A stretch of DNA of 64,000 bases, taken from positions 52,150 through 116,149 of IMG/VR virus record IMGVR_UViG_3300047160_002226. One strand, given 5' to 3'. The stretch's first letter is position 1; every line of letters starts with the position of its first letter. The notes beneath the pieces are model-generated. The model saw only the letters and a list, made by a program, of their open reading frames with translations, was not told where the DNA came from and did no database searches. Shown in pieces: positions 37,737 to 47,893 of the stretch. The DNA is from a virus. The position numbers and the translations under genes were made by a program.

Positions 37737-38747
37737 ATGGCTTCCAAACTAGACCTCAACCTCATCAAGCAGAAGGCCCAAGAGATCGCTCAGCGTGAGA
37801 AGGATCGCGCCGAATTCAAGAGCGGCGACCGTGGCCCTGGCCTCTTCCTCAAGATCCCGAAGGGCATGTTCGAGTTCTATCTCGCTCCTCCGTGGAACAA
37901 TGAAGGAAAGCTTGCCAAGGAGCTGTACACGCACTTCTCAGTCGGCCCGAACAAGAACGTGGTTGAGTGCGTTCAGCTCTCTTACCCGCAGCTCGGACTC
38001 AAGTGCGAGGTTCATGAGATCATCGACCAGGCGAAGGACAAGGTCAACCTGCAGCGCCAGCGTGCAGCGTTTACTCCTCGCGTGAACATCTATCTTCCCG
38101 ACTCTGATACGAATCGTGCTAACGCCGATCTCGTCAAGGAGGCACAGCAGCTTGGTCGCTTGATGATCCTCCAGCTCACAGGTGGAGCGTGGAACCAAGT
38201 CATCAACATCCTCGCGAATCCTCGTGTTGGTGACATCACCGACTTGCACAATGCTGTGCCCCTCAGCATCACGAAGACCGTCGCTGGTCCTGAGCCACGA
38301 GATACGAAGTATCTCGTCCAGGCGCTTCCGTTCCGTGGCCCTATCCTCGATGACAATGCTGCTATCGACGCATTGCTCACGAAGCTGCCAGATCTCGACA
38401 AGATCTTCACGCCTCCCGATGATGCAAGGAAGGCGAAGTTCCACCAGATCTGCCAGGACTTCCGTGCGAGTGTGCTGGAACTTTCGTCACATCCGAGCCT
38501 CCAGAACCCATCTCCGACGCCTCCTAGTGGGGCTCCTGCTGATGGTAAGTCGGTCTCTGCTGTGCAGATGGATGCCCAAGGGAAGCCAGTGTGCTTCTCG
38601 AACGCGAATGTCTACAACCCCGCCTCTGCGGTTTGTGGCTCATGCGCGTGGGAAGCAGCCTGCGTGACGGAGATCAAGGCCAAGGCAGCTCGTGGCGAAG
38701 TTGACGAGAAGCCTGCCAAGGCAAAGAAGGCTAAGGCTGCTAAGTGA
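37737..38747 (+). CDS. ssDNA-binding protein, gp32-like, with Cys4 C-terminal domain
   Basis: LYTHF...C...C.VHE, GDITDL...ITKT.....DTKY.V, LPDLD motifs; upstream of RecA. Confidence 0.7.
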   Translation: MASKLDLNLIKQKAQEIAQREKDRAEFKSGDRGPGLFLKIPKGMFEFYLAPPWNNEGKLAKELYTHFSVGPNKNVVECVQLSYPQLGLKCEVHEIIDQAKDKVNLQRQRAAFTPRVNIYLPDSDTNRANADLVKEAQQLGRLMILQLTGGAWNQVINILANPRVGDITDLHNAVPLSITKTVAGPEPRDTKYLVQALPFRGPILDDNAAIDALLTKLPDLDKIFTPPDDARKAKFHQICQDFRASVLELSSHPSLQNPSPTPPSGAPADGKSVSAVQMDAQGKPVCFSNANVYNPASAVCGSCAWEAACVTEIKAKAARGEVDEKPAKAKKAKAAK

Positions 38748-40207
38748 GCGTCATGGCCCCTTCAAAGAAGAAGGGCAAGGAAGACGAGGGGCCTGTTGAG
38801 CCCCTCGCTTCTTTCTCTGCCCGAGAATTCGTAGAAGCTTTCAAGAAGAAGCACGGCGAGAAGTACGCCACGCTCGTCACAGGACTCGACTACGAGTCCG
38901 CTGACGTGCCGCTGTACGTCTCGTGCGGCTCCACAGCTCTTGACATCGCCTTCGGCGGGCTTGGTCTGCCTGGAGGGCGCATCGTTGAGGTCGCTGGTGA
39001 TAGGTCAGCAGGCAAGTCGCTCCTTGGCGAAGCTGCTTGCATCACGGCACAGAAGCGTGGTGGTGTTGCGGTGATCCTCGATGCAGAGGGAACCTTCAAC
39101 AAGTCCCGCTACGGTGCTGCAGGTGGCAACCTCACCGACACGATCTTCATCGACAAGACCGATACGCTCGAAGACGGTTTCGAGGGTATCGAACGCACGG
39201 TGAAGATGCTGCTTGAGATCGAGGGGCTCAAAGGTAAGCCAATCGTTGTGGTGTGGGACACAATCTGCACCGACAAGACGAGGGCAGAGCAACAGCAAGG
39301 CAAGTACTCGATGGGCATGATGTATGGCCCGAAAGTACTCAAGGAAAAACTGAAAGACCTCGTTCGGCTCATTTCGGGCACGAACGTGAGCTTCCTCATG
39401 CTCAACCAGCAGTACGCAGGCAACGTCAAGAACGAACCATCGAAGGTCCAGCAAGTCTATCAAGGCTCTGGGAAGATCATAGGTGGTGGAGGCGGTCCTG
39501 AGTACTACTGCACGATCATCTGTGAGCTGGTTGAGCTTGCCTCTTATCAGTCGCTTCGGACTGGCAAGCCAGGCAAGCTGATGTCGCTCACGATCCTCAA
39601 GTCGAAGATGAGTTCGACACCTCGTAAGGCTGTGTTCGCTTGCGATGAGATCGGCGTGGACGACACGATGTCGATCTTCTTCAACCTCTCAAGAACCGCA
39701 AGGACTCCTGAGAGGGACAAGCAGGGTCTCATCAGCCACGACCACTTCTCAGCAAGTGCTTCATGGACCTCTGTGGAGCACCCAAAGTTCGGGAAGATCT
39801 CATGGCAGAACGAGGAAGGTTTCTACAAGCACGTGCAGAAGCACGGTGAAGAACTCGTAAGTTGGCTTGCGGGTTTGTTGTGGGACCTCTTCCCAGCTTC
39901 ACCACCGACGATTGATATCGCGGACGCGGCTTACGTCGAGAAGCACAAGCTACACAGCCCGTGGGTCACGGAAGGTAAGCAGTATGTCCGCTGCCCAATC
40001 TCCAACCATCGCTGTGAGCCTGGCGCCTGGACTATGTGTCAGGCAGTGTTCTTTACGGCGTGTGAGAAGAAGCTGCCTGACGTACAGCCTCTCAAGCGGG
40101 TCTATCACGATCCGCTAGTGATCGACGCGGAGATCCCAGATCCGCCGAAGCCTGACTCGAAGACGAAAGCTGAGGACATACTTCGGAAGTTGACCGACGA
40201 TGCCTGA
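38744..40207 (+). CDS. recA: RecA/UvsX recombinase
   Basis: SCGSTALDIA.GG.GLPGGRIVEVAGDRSAGKS, LDAE, VVWDT, LNQ. Confidence 0.92.
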   Translation: MSVMAPSKKKGKEDEGPVEPLASFSAREFVEAFKKKHGEKYATLVTGLDYESADVPLYVSCGSTALDIAFGGLGLPGGRIVEVAGDRSAGKSLLGEAACITAQKRGGVAVILDAEGTFNKSRYGAAGGNLTDTIFIDKTDTLEDGFEGIERTVKMLLEIEGLKGKPIVVVWDTICTDKTRAEQQQGKYSMGMMYGPKVLKEKLKDLVRLISGTNVSFLMLNQQYAGNVKNEPSKVQQVYQGSGKIIGGGGGPEYYCTIICELVELASYQSLRTGKPGKLMSLTILKSKMSSTPRKAVFACDEIGVDDTMSIFFNLSRTARTPERDKQGLISHDHFSASASWTSVEHPKFGKISWQNEEGFYKHVQKHGEELVSWLAGLLWDLFPASPPTIDIADAAYVEKHKLHSPWVTEGKQYVRCPISNHRCEPGAWTMCQAVFFTACEKKLPDVQPLKRVYHDPLVIDAEIPDPPKPDSKTKAEDILRKLTDDA

Positions 40208-41150
40208 TACAACGCTTCTTTTCGATGGCAACCACCTGATGCATAGGGTGTCCCATCTGAAAGAGCTTGAAGGTCTCACTACGCGCGACGGAACGCCTAC
40301 GGGGGCGGTCATGGGGTTTCTCCGTGCCATCCACGGCTCCGTCGTGCGTTTTGAGCCTACCCGTATCATCGTCGTGTGGGACGACTCTCATTCAGAGCGT
40401 AGAAAGAAGCTCTTGCCAGCCTACAAGGTCCGAGCTGAGCCGAAGACCGAAAAGGATAAGCTGGAGCTTGCTGAGCGAATCAGGAAGTGGAATATCCAGA
40501 AGCCGCTCCTCAAGGAGCTTCTTCCAAAGCTAGCCATTCGCCAGCTACAGATCCCAGGCTACGAGGGTGACGACGCGCTAGAGCTACTTTGCCGTGACCT
40601 TCAAGGCAAAACGATCATCGTCTCAGAAGACAAGGATCTTTTCCAGCTTGTAGAAGAGAATATCTCGATCTATCGGCCTATCCGTGACGAGCTGGTCTCA
40701 TTCGACAACGTATCTGAGCACATGGGGGTAGTTCGCGATGGATTCGTTTTCCTCAAGGCTATCGTCGGGGATGACTCAGACTGTATCCCAGGGGTTCCTG
40801 GCGTTGGCCCTGTCACTGCCTCCAAGCTTCTCAATGAAGCCCAGAAGATGTTCGACGGTGGTGATTGGACGCCGCGCCTTGTCAAGAAGCTGGCGGCGGG
40901 TGCTTTAGACAAGCGGACACAGAAGATAGCTGAGCAGTGGGAAGTAGTAGAACGTAACTTGGAGCTAGTAGACCTTCGTAAAGTCGAAGCTAGTCCAGAA
41001 GCGCGCGGCATGGTAGAATCCGTGCTATCTACCGACAAGTCAGGGATGGCCCCCGACTTGGCCCTTATCCGAGAGTTTCAGCGACTTGAGATGGAGTCTA
41101 TCCTCTCGATGTTTGGCACATGGATCGTGCCGTTTCGGAGGCTAACATGA
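40200..41150 (+). CDS. 5'-3' exonuclease / flap endonuclease (PolI N-terminal, T4 RNase H-like)
   Basis: FDGNHL, VVWD, YEGDD, SEDKDL, GDDSDCIPGVPGVGPVTA. Confidence 0.92.
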   Translation: MPDTTLLFDGNHLMHRVSHLKELEGLTTRDGTPTGAVMGFLRAIHGSVVRFEPTRIIVVWDDSHSERRKKLLPAYKVRAEPKTEKDKLELAERIRKWNIQKPLLKELLPKLAIRQLQIPGYEGDDALELLCRDLQGKTIIVSEDKDLFQLVEENISIYRPIRDELVSFDNVSEHMGVVRDGFVFLKAIVGDDSDCIPGVPGVGPVTASKLLNEAQKMFDGGDWTPRLVKKLAAGALDKRTQKIAEQWEVVERNLELVDLRKVEASPEARGMVESVLSTDKSGMAPDLALIREFQRLEMESILSMFGTWIVPFRRLT

Positions 41151-41899
41151 CTCTCAACACGTCCGAGGAAGGTTATCGAGACCTCTGTGACTTCCTACTG
41201 CTCACAGAGGACCGCGATCTGGAGACTGGCAAGTTCCTCATGACCTACGCCACGCTCCATGAAGTCTTTGACGGAAAAACGCTTCTCACACGGATACGCG
41301 AAGCTTCGTCAGCTTTTCGTCTTGATAGAGATAAATTTGAGGCTGGCAACGCCGACAAGAAGTACCCAAAGTGGGATCCACGGTGGAAGCCTGACATCAG
41401 GCCATTCTTCTGTTCACTGTTCTTCAATTGCATCCAGTTCACACACCGTATTCCAGATGAGGCCGATATCAGTCACTTACTCAAGACGTACTGGCCGAAG
41501 GAACCGTCACTACAGCTACCTTGGCGCACCGAGCGCACGGTGAATGGTCGAATTCATAACGCCGTCATGGGCAATCTCCGCGATATCGCCACTGGTGCTG
41601 AATTGTTGCTCATTCGCCCAAAGGCGCGATATGTGAAGGACTACTCGAAGGATATTCACGATAAAACCGATTTCTGCTATGAGGAGCGCACTGCATCGGT
41701 GCCATGTACTTTGAAAGCGGCGCGTTACTCTGACCATGACAACACAAAGGTGGAGGGAGAACGCAGCAAGTACAAACTGATCCGCGAGGTAGGATCGAAT
41801 CCATTCGGGCTAGAGATTCCGTCTAAGGCTGACTTGCAGGATCTTGCTAAACATCTCGGGAGCTTGCTCCATGCGCCGAACCCTTCTCCTATTCAGTGA
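41147..41899 (+). CDS. Hypothetical protein (possible PD-(D/E)XK nuclease)
   Basis: ATGA overlap; DIHDKTDF...LK only weakly suggestive. Confidence 0.5.
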   Translation: MTLNTSEEGYRDLCDFLLLTEDRDLETGKFLMTYATLHEVFDGKTLLTRIREASSAFRLDRDKFEAGNADKKYPKWDPRWKPDIRPFFCSLFFNCIQFTHRIPDEADISHLLKTYWPKEPSLQLPWRTERTVNGRIHNAVMGNLRDIATGAELLLIRPKARYVKDYSKDIHDKTDFCYEERTASVPCTLKAARYSDHDNTKVEGERSKYKLIREVGSNPFGLEIPSKADLQDLAKHLGSLLHAPNPSPIQ

Positions 41900-42938
41900 T
41901 TTCCACATCTCGTCTGCAGGAAGGCGTACACTGCGCCGCCTTGACGAGTGCATGGCTACTGCCAAGTGGATTGCGGACCTCATCGAACTGACAAGTCCGA
42001 ACCTTGTCGTCAATCTTGGCGATACGTTCGACAACCACGCCATACTCGATGTGCCTTCGCTATGTACTGGCTGGCGGGCAATGGGGCTCATCGCACAAGC
42101 TTGCAAGACGCAGCAGATTGCCTATGTGATTATCCCTGGAAACCACGATGCCTATGATAAGAACTATGCTTCTGTCGAGGTTTTTCGTGATCTCGGATCT
42201 CACGTCTACTTGCCGTTCAAGTCAACAATCGTGGGAGGCTTCGGGTTCTTTCCATTCACGAAGCGTTTTGATCTAGCAACGAATGAGCTTCACGCACTCG
42301 AAGAGAAGTGTCCAGCCGTTCTAACTCACGTGGATGTCATCAATGCATCGTTTGCCAATCCAGCTATACAGAGCCCGAACACTCGCTCGCCCGTTGGTGT
42401 CGATCCTCACGCCTTCCGAGGACCGATTTTCTGCGGTCACTACCATCACCCAGCCGATCTCGGAGCCTTCCGATTCATCGGTTCCGTCATGTACCACAAC
42501 TTCACGGACGAGGTGGTTCCTGGTCGGCCTCGTGGCGTCACTCTGGCGACGTTTGACGACGCCCGCTTGATCTCGACCAAAGTATTCCCGAACGGGAATA
42601 GCCCTGTCTACGTCAAAGCATCATCGTTCAACACCAAGTCTATAGAGTCGCTGCTTGCGATACCTATTCCCGAACGGGAACGAACTCACGTTTCGGTGAA
42701 GTCCGACGAGAAGAACGCTCCGAAGGTCAAGGAGAAACTGGAGTATGCTGGCTTTGCTTCCTTCCGTATCGTCATTGAGAAGGAGCCAGAAGCTATCAGT
42801 CGAAATGGAGATGTCACTCCTGATACGAATCCCGTGGAAGTTCTTGACAACTACATGAAGGCCAAAGGCACGGCTGAACTTGACGGGAAGAGGCTCAGGG
42901 CAGTTGGCGAGGATATGCTCAAGGAGGCGCGGTTGTGA
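41871..42938 (+). CDS. sbcD: Mre11/SbcD metallophosphoesterase nuclease (gp47-like)
   Basis: SDFH, LGDTFD, PGNHD, CGHYH motifs. Confidence 0.9.
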   Translation: MRRTLLLFSDFHISSAGRRTLRRLDECMATAKWIADLIELTSPNLVVNLGDTFDNHAILDVPSLCTGWRAMGLIAQACKTQQIAYVIIPGNHDAYDKNYASVEVFRDLGSHVYLPFKSTIVGGFGFFPFTKRFDLATNELHALEEKCPAVLTHVDVINASFANPAIQSPNTRSPVGVDPHAFRGPIFCGHYHHPADLGAFRFIGSVMYHNFTDEVVPGRPRGVTLATFDDARLISTKVFPNGNSPVYVKASSFNTKSIESLLAIPIPERERTHVSVKSDEKNAPKVKEKLEYAGFASFRIVIEKEPEAISRNGDVTPDTNPVEVLDNYMKAKGTAELDGKRLRAVGEDMLKEARL

Positions 42939-44782
42939 AGCTCAGGTCAGCGTCTATCAGCAATTTCCTCGCAATCGGTAACGCTGCGTTCAAGCTCTCC
43001 GATCAAGGACTCATCCTTGTTCTAGGAGACAATCAAGACATCGATGCCGCTGACAGCAATGGAGCTGGGAAGTCATCGCTTTTTGAAGCGATATGCTGGG
43101 CGCTGTACGGCGTAACGTACCAGGGCCTTTCCCACGACGATGTTGTCAACAATCGCATCGGCAAAGACACAGCCGTTACCGTTGAACTAGAGGCCAAGGG
43201 ACATCATCTCTCCATTACGCGCTATCGTAAGCACACGACAATGGGAAACAAGATCAAGATCGTCGTGGATGGCAAGGACCAGACCCCATTCAACGCTCCA
43301 GACCAAGAGAAGATGCTTGTAGGTCTTCTCCCGCTCTCAGTCGGAGCCTTCAAGCACGTGGCTTACTTCGGCCAGGGCCTTGGTGCCCGCTTCTCTGCAC
43401 TCAACGATGTTGGGCGCAAGGAGCTGCTAGAGGAGCTGCTTGGCCTTGAGATCTACGCCAAAGCTCACGAGGATGCCAAGGCCAAGGTCTCTGGCGTTGA
43501 TCGTCAGCTTGCTACGCTCCAAGGTGAGAAGAGCCAGGCAGAACACCAGATCACCGTCGAAGAGGAAGAGTGCAAACGTATCGAGGAAGCTGAGGCCACA
43601 GCGAAGGCCAGGATCGTGCTCCAGCAGAAGACCCTTTACGGGGCGCGCGACGACGTGAAGAAGAAGCTGGAGAACGCAAAGGAGCGCCTTGCTACCCTCG
43701 AAGAGATCCACACCAGGGCCAAGGACAATGCCTCAACGCAGCTCAAGCATGTCCAGGGGCTCCAACAGCTTGAACGAGACAAGGACCGCGACGTATCGGC
43801 ACTCCAAGGCGAGCTACGTCGTGCTGAGAAGGAGAAGAAGGAGATCTCCTCACTTGGAACTAACTGCATCACATGCAGGCAATCAATCTCTGTAGAACAC
43901 GTCGCGAAGCTCGTAGATGCAGCTCATCAACGTGTCCATGAGGTGATGGAAGAGATTGAGAGTGAGGAGCAAGAGGCCGAAGCTCTTGCCCGCCAGCTCA
44001 CGGAGGCCAATCAGAAGCTCGCTACCCTCAACCATAAGGCTCATACAGTTGGCAATGAGGTGTGGGCGGCGAAGCTAGATCTCAAGCAGTACGAGGCCGA
44101 ACTATCCCAAGTGCAGGAGCAGATTCGCTCACTTCTCGAAGATAGCCAGCGTTCCTCTGAGCGCATCGCTGAACAGCGGGCCTCTGTCGCTAAGGCCAAT
44201 GCCGAGATCAAGGAGATCGGCAAGAAGATCAATCTCGCAGACGATGAGCGAAACTATCTAGCCTATTGGGAAGAAGGCTTCTCTACCAGAGGCATCCGTT
44301 CGCTCATCCTTGATAGTGTTCTGACCTATCTCAACGGTCGGCTTGCACACCATGCTACTGCCCTCTCGGACGGTGAGATCTCAATCTCTATCACCCCTCA
44401 AACCAAGCTCAAGAGTGGGGCTATCCGCGAGAAGATGGACTTCAAGGCTTCAACTTGCGGGGCTGGGTATCAGGCAGCATCAGGTGGAGAAAAGCGTAGA
44501 ATGGACCTCGCAGTTCACTTCGCTTTGTCGGATCTCTCCTGCTTGGTCACAGGCCACCGTCTCAATGTACTGATGGTGGATGAACCTGGTGAATGTCTGG
44601 ATGAATCGGGCATAGAGTCGATGCTGGACCTGCTGGTAGAAAAGTCAAAGGAAATAGGTTCAGTCTTCCTCATTACCCACAACAACGAACTCAAGTCGAA
44701 GATACCGCATGTTTGGGTCGTGACCAAGAAGAACGGCGTATCTTCGGTAGTGGACCAAGATTATACGTCTGTATCTGTGTAG
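42935..44782 (+). CDS. sbcC: Rad50/SbcC SMC-like ATPase (gp46-like)
   Basis: NGAGKSS, CITC zinc hook, SGGEKRR, MVDE, ITH. Confidence 0.93.
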   Translation: MKLRSASISNFLAIGNAAFKLSDQGLILVLGDNQDIDAADSNGAGKSSLFEAICWALYGVTYQGLSHDDVVNNRIGKDTAVTVELEAKGHHLSITRYRKHTTMGNKIKIVVDGKDQTPFNAPDQEKMLVGLLPLSVGAFKHVAYFGQGLGARFSALNDVGRKELLEELLGLEIYAKAHEDAKAKVSGVDRQLATLQGEKSQAEHQITVEEEECKRIEEAEATAKARIVLQQKTLYGARDDVKKKLENAKERLATLEEIHTRAKDNASTQLKHVQGLQQLERDKDRDVSALQGELRRAEKEKKEISSLGTNCITCRQSISVEHVAKLVDAAHQRVHEVMEEIESEEQEAEALARQLTEANQKLATLNHKAHTVGNEVWAAKLDLKQYEAELSQVQEQIRSLLEDSQRSSERIAEQRASVAKANAEIKEIGKKINLADDERNYLAYWEEGFSTRGIRSLILDSVLTYLNGRLAHHATALSDGEISISITPQTKLKSGAIREKMDFKASTCGAGYQAASGGEKRRMDLAVHFALSDLSCLVTGHRLNVLMVDEPGECLDESGIESMLDLLVEKSKEIGSVFLITHNNELKSKIPHVWVVTKKNGVSSVVDQDYTSVSV

Positions 44783-44791
44783 GAGGCACGT

Positions 44792-44983
44792 ATGAGCACG
44801 CCGAAGAAGAAGATCGTTTGTGAAGGAAAAGAGCTGGGCGAGACAGACGCCCCTAAAGCAACGGGGGAAGAACTCTCACTCCGCTCTGGTTCTCAGGACG
44901 GGTTCGAGACGTTTAAGTCTTACCAGGTAGAGAAAGTCACCGAAGATCAGGTCATTGTCTCAGAAAAACCTCTGCTTGGTTAA
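44792..44983 (+). CDS. Small hypothetical protein
   Basis: AGGAGG RBS. Confidence 0.6.
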   Translation: MSTPKKKIVCEGKELGETDAPKATGEELSLRSGSQDGFETFKSYQVEKVTEDQVIVSEKPLLG

Positions 44984-45006
44984 GTCGGACCCGTAGGGAG
45001 GCCGTC

Positions 45007-45342
45007 ATGGCTACGGGAGCAAAGGACGTAAAGAAGAAGTGTGATCTCTGCAAGAAAGCAGTAGCGCTTCGACTACCTCGTCGGCATCCACATTTCAAAG
45101 ATGCAGGCACACTACAAGCCTGGAGCCATACGCAAAACCGTTTCATTAGCGTTTGCAGCCGATGCCTACCTTACCTCGACGCTAACCCAGAAGAAAGCTC
45201 TGATACACGAAACTATCTAGAACCTAACGATCCAGAAGCTCACCACCATCACCACGCACAACCAAACCCTGATGATGACGAGAACGTCATGGATCCGCCA
45301 GAAGAAGATGGTGGATCAACAGAGAACGAATACACCGACTAG
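45007..45342 (+). CDS. Hypothetical Zn-binding protein with acidic tail
   Basis: GGGAGG RBS; CDLC...CSRC; HHHH. Confidence 0.6.
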   Translation: MATGAKDVKKKCDLCKKAVALRLPRRHPHFKDAGTLQAWSHTQNRFISVCSRCLPYLDANPEESSDTRNYLEPNDPEAHHHHHAQPNPDDDENVMDPPEEDGGSTENEYTD

Positions 45343-45386
45343 CAAGCTGTGGTATATCTGTCGGCTGGTCTAGGAGCTGTTTTCAA

Positions 45387-46268
45387 GTGTTAACTAACGA
45401 TTCAACTTCTGCACCTATCGGACCAGTTTTGCTGGGAGAAGGATGTCACACCTGGCTACAGCCTACAACATACGTTGGAGGCGTAGTCATCCCAACAACT
45501 ACCGCTGGTGCTAATCCCATCGGTTCTCCTGCGCCTTACCCCGCTGTCGGTGTTCCAGTGATTCCTTCCACCACAGTCCCGCCTGGGGCTGGGCAGCAGC
45601 TAGAACTCCCCTTCCCGCTCCTTCCTCCCCCGCTCAACCAAAACCCTCCTAAGTGCGAGCGGTGCGGGAAGCGGGTCTGTCTGGAGCCCGAGCGCCCCGA
45701 TTTCTTTAATGCTGGTCGTCCACGGCGTATCTGTTCTGACTGTTTGGAGAAGGATCTTATGGGTGTCGTCATCGATGGTAAGTACCCTGTTACCGCAGAT
45801 GATATGCGGCGCTTTATCACTCTCTCCGATAAGCGTATGAATGGCGAAGAAGAACCACCTCCTAAATTCGCCAAGATCGACGTATCGACTACGACAGACC
45901 ACACAGGAGTTGCTGAGAGTATGCCTGCCTCTGAGCCTGCGAAGCGGAATGAACCAGAGCCCATGGAAGACATCGTCCCTGGAATGCGTGTCTGGTCTAA
46001 GTCAACAGGCAAAGGCCCATACATCGTCCTAGCCTACAACGCTCGATCAGAGATCGGGCCTGATAGGGGCAAGACCATTACGGATGGTTGGATGGTGCGT
46101 GACGCCAAGGGCAATGACTTCTCCATGCCTGCAGCAGACGCAACAGAACGGGAACCAACTCGCACAGAAAACCCAAGTGTCGGTAAGATCGCCTTTGGAC
46201 TTCTTATCTACCTGATGTGTGCCGCATCCGTCATGCTTCTTGTCACTCTCCTCGCAAAGAGACTCTAA
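45387..46268 (+). CDS. Hypothetical membrane-anchored protein (Pro-rich, Zn finger, SH3/KOW-like, C-terminal TM)
   Basis: CERC...CSDC; IVPGMRVWSK; terminal hydrophobic helix. Confidence 0.55.
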   Translation: MLTNDSTSAPIGPVLLGEGCHTWLQPTTYVGGVVIPTTTAGANPIGSPAPYPAVGVPVIPSTTVPPGAGQQLELPFPLLPPPLNQNPPKCERCGKRVCLEPERPDFFNAGRPRRICSDCLEKDLMGVVIDGKYPVTADDMRRFITLSDKRMNGEEEPPPKFAKIDVSTTTDHTGVAESMPASEPAKRNEPEPMEDIVPGMRVWSKSTGKGPYIVLAYNARSEIGPDRGKTITDGWMVRDAKGNDFSMPAADATEREPTRTENPSVGKIAFGLLIYLMCAASVMLLVTLLAKRL

Positions 46269-46350
46269 GGCTGTTTCACCAGTCCTACTTCCGTCGTGTA
46301 TACTCCGCACGGGTAGCCTAGTACCAGGGCCATCCGTGCGGAGTGTTTTT

Positions 46351-46941
46351 ATGATCGGTGAACAACGAGACGATGAGGTCATGCGAGAAGGCTACGCCTG
46401 GGAATTCGTCAAAGGCGGGCACTCTGCAATCTCAGTTGCCTATCTTGACGGTGAGGACTTCATCCAGCGTTACCAGATCGGTGTGGATACCATCATGCAC
46501 ACCGAGGTTTTCATGAAGGAAGGAGTACCGCATCTTCGGGCTACTTGGCTTCTCTTGAAGAAGCCGTCAAACCCTGTCGATATTCATCATGCGATTCTTC
46601 CGTTGACTTCGGTGTCTATCGCTCATTCCGAGCGCGTTATAGCCACTCTCCTCAACCATTTTCTGGAGATCCACCATGGAAAGCAGCGACCTAGCGACAA
46701 TCTTCCGAATGCAGAGGGAACTGAACGACCTGATAGTGAAGCGAAAGATGCCGAACAAGTCGCTACCGTCAGCCGTATCGGCCCACGCGGACCCGTTAGA
46801 TCCAGAAAAGGCGTGGTGGTTGGAGAAGTACACCCAAGCCCTGATACACGAAGCAGTGGAAGCACAGAGGGAACTCCCGATCAAGTGGTGGAGCACGCGG
46901 CGGGAGTACAGTGCGACGAAAGTGAGCGAAGAACTGATTGA
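46351..46941 (+). CDS. Hypothetical protein overlapping dUTPase
   Basis: GGAG upstream of ATG 46351; the 3' 266 nt overlap the next gene. Confidence 0.4.
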   Translation: MIGEQRDDEVMREGYAWEFVKGGHSAISVAYLDGEDFIQRYQIGVDTIMHTEVFMKEGVPHLRATWLLLKKPSNPVDIHHAILPLTSVSIAHSERVIATLLNHFLEIHHGKQRPSDNLPNAEGTERPDSEAKDAEQVATVSRIGPRGPVRSRKGVVVGEVHPSPDTRSSGSTEGTPDQVVEHAAGVQCDESERRTD

Positions 46942-47059
46942 CTGTCTTCACTTCCTCGTCTCAGCGATGCTCATGAATGGTATGAGTGCCGATGACGTGA
47001 TGACAGCGTATACAAAGAAGTACGCCGTCAACGTCAATCGTGCGGAGAGCAACTACTGA
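46676..47059 (+). CDS. Dimeric all-alpha dUTPase / NTP pyrophosphatase
   Basis: Q.ELN, ALIHE..E...ELPIKWW, EELIDCLHF, Y..K..VN..R...Y. Confidence 0.88.
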   Translation: MESSDLATIFRMQRELNDLIVKRKMPNKSLPSAVSAHADPLDPEKAWWLEKYTQALIHEAVEAQRELPIKWWSTRREYSATKVSEELIDCLHFLVSAMLMNGMSADDVMTAYTKKYAVNVNRAESNY

Positions 47060-47427
47060 TGGACATGCTAGATGCCCTTGCGTTCCAAGAGGGAGAAGAG
47101 CCTATCGTCACCGTTTACAAGGTTATTCTCTCTAAGCATGTAGCGCTTCTCGAACTTCTTGTAGCCAAGGGCATCATCACCCAGGATGAGACTGATATAC
47201 TAGTCAAGAGAGAGCAACATTGGCTAGCTCATTACGACCAGCTCGATGCTAGTCGGCATGATGAGCTACTTCGGCGCAAGACACCAGAAGGTGAGGAAGC
47301 AAGAGTACAGGACGCTTTCAAGTACGCTAACGCAGGAGGCGGATTCGACCCAGAGCGCTTCGCAGCGAGGTATGCTGAGCTTGGCCGTCTCGTGGAAGAG
47401 AAGAAAGAGGATGGAGAAACAGGATGA
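47059..47427 (+). CDS. Hypothetical protein
   Basis: TGATG coupling. Confidence 0.55.
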   Translation: MDMLDALAFQEGEEPIVTVYKVILSKHVALLELLVAKGIITQDETDILVKREQHWLAHYDQLDASRHDELLRRKTPEGEEARVQDAFKYANAGGGFDPERFAARYAELGRLVEEKKEDGETG

Positions 47428-47893
47428 TGTAAGAACCTACGACCTCCCATTTGCCCCACTAAGCCACAACCAAGCATACTCCCAACGACGGACACGCAAA
47501 GGCTTCGCGATTCGCTTCCTTCGGAATGAGTACAGAGCCTTCAAGGAAGAAGTCAAGAAGCGTCTCGAACAACAGGATGAAAAACGCGGCTCACTCCCAT
47601 TTGATCCCCCATTCGATCTCCACTTCATCTTCACCTACGAAAGCAGTTCTTTCTTTTACAAGAACGGCAAACCACGCCGATTCGACGTATCCGACTGTGT
47701 GAAGCTCCTCGAAGACGCTTTCGTAAGCTTTACAGGTGTGGATGACTGTCACCACTTTCGGTTGACAGCGGAAAAACGATGGGTTCCTGACGGAGAGCTG
47801 TCGGGCTTCGAGGAGGAGCCATACAACCATCCTCCTACGAAACTTATCGGAACGATAAGGATCGAAGTAAGAAAGTGGCGAATGGAACGCTAG
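47411..47893 (+). CDS. rusA: RusA-like Holliday junction resolvase
   Basis: PLSHNQAY, DVSDCVKLLEDA...GVDD. Confidence 0.82.
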   Translation: MEKQDDVRTYDLPFAPLSHNQAYSQRRTRKGFAIRFLRNEYRAFKEEVKKRLEQQDEKRGSLPFDPPFDLHFIFTYESSSFFYKNGKPRRFDVSDCVKLLEDAFVSFTGVDDCHHFRLTAEKRWVPDGELSGFEEEPYNHPPTKLIGTIRIEVRKWRMER

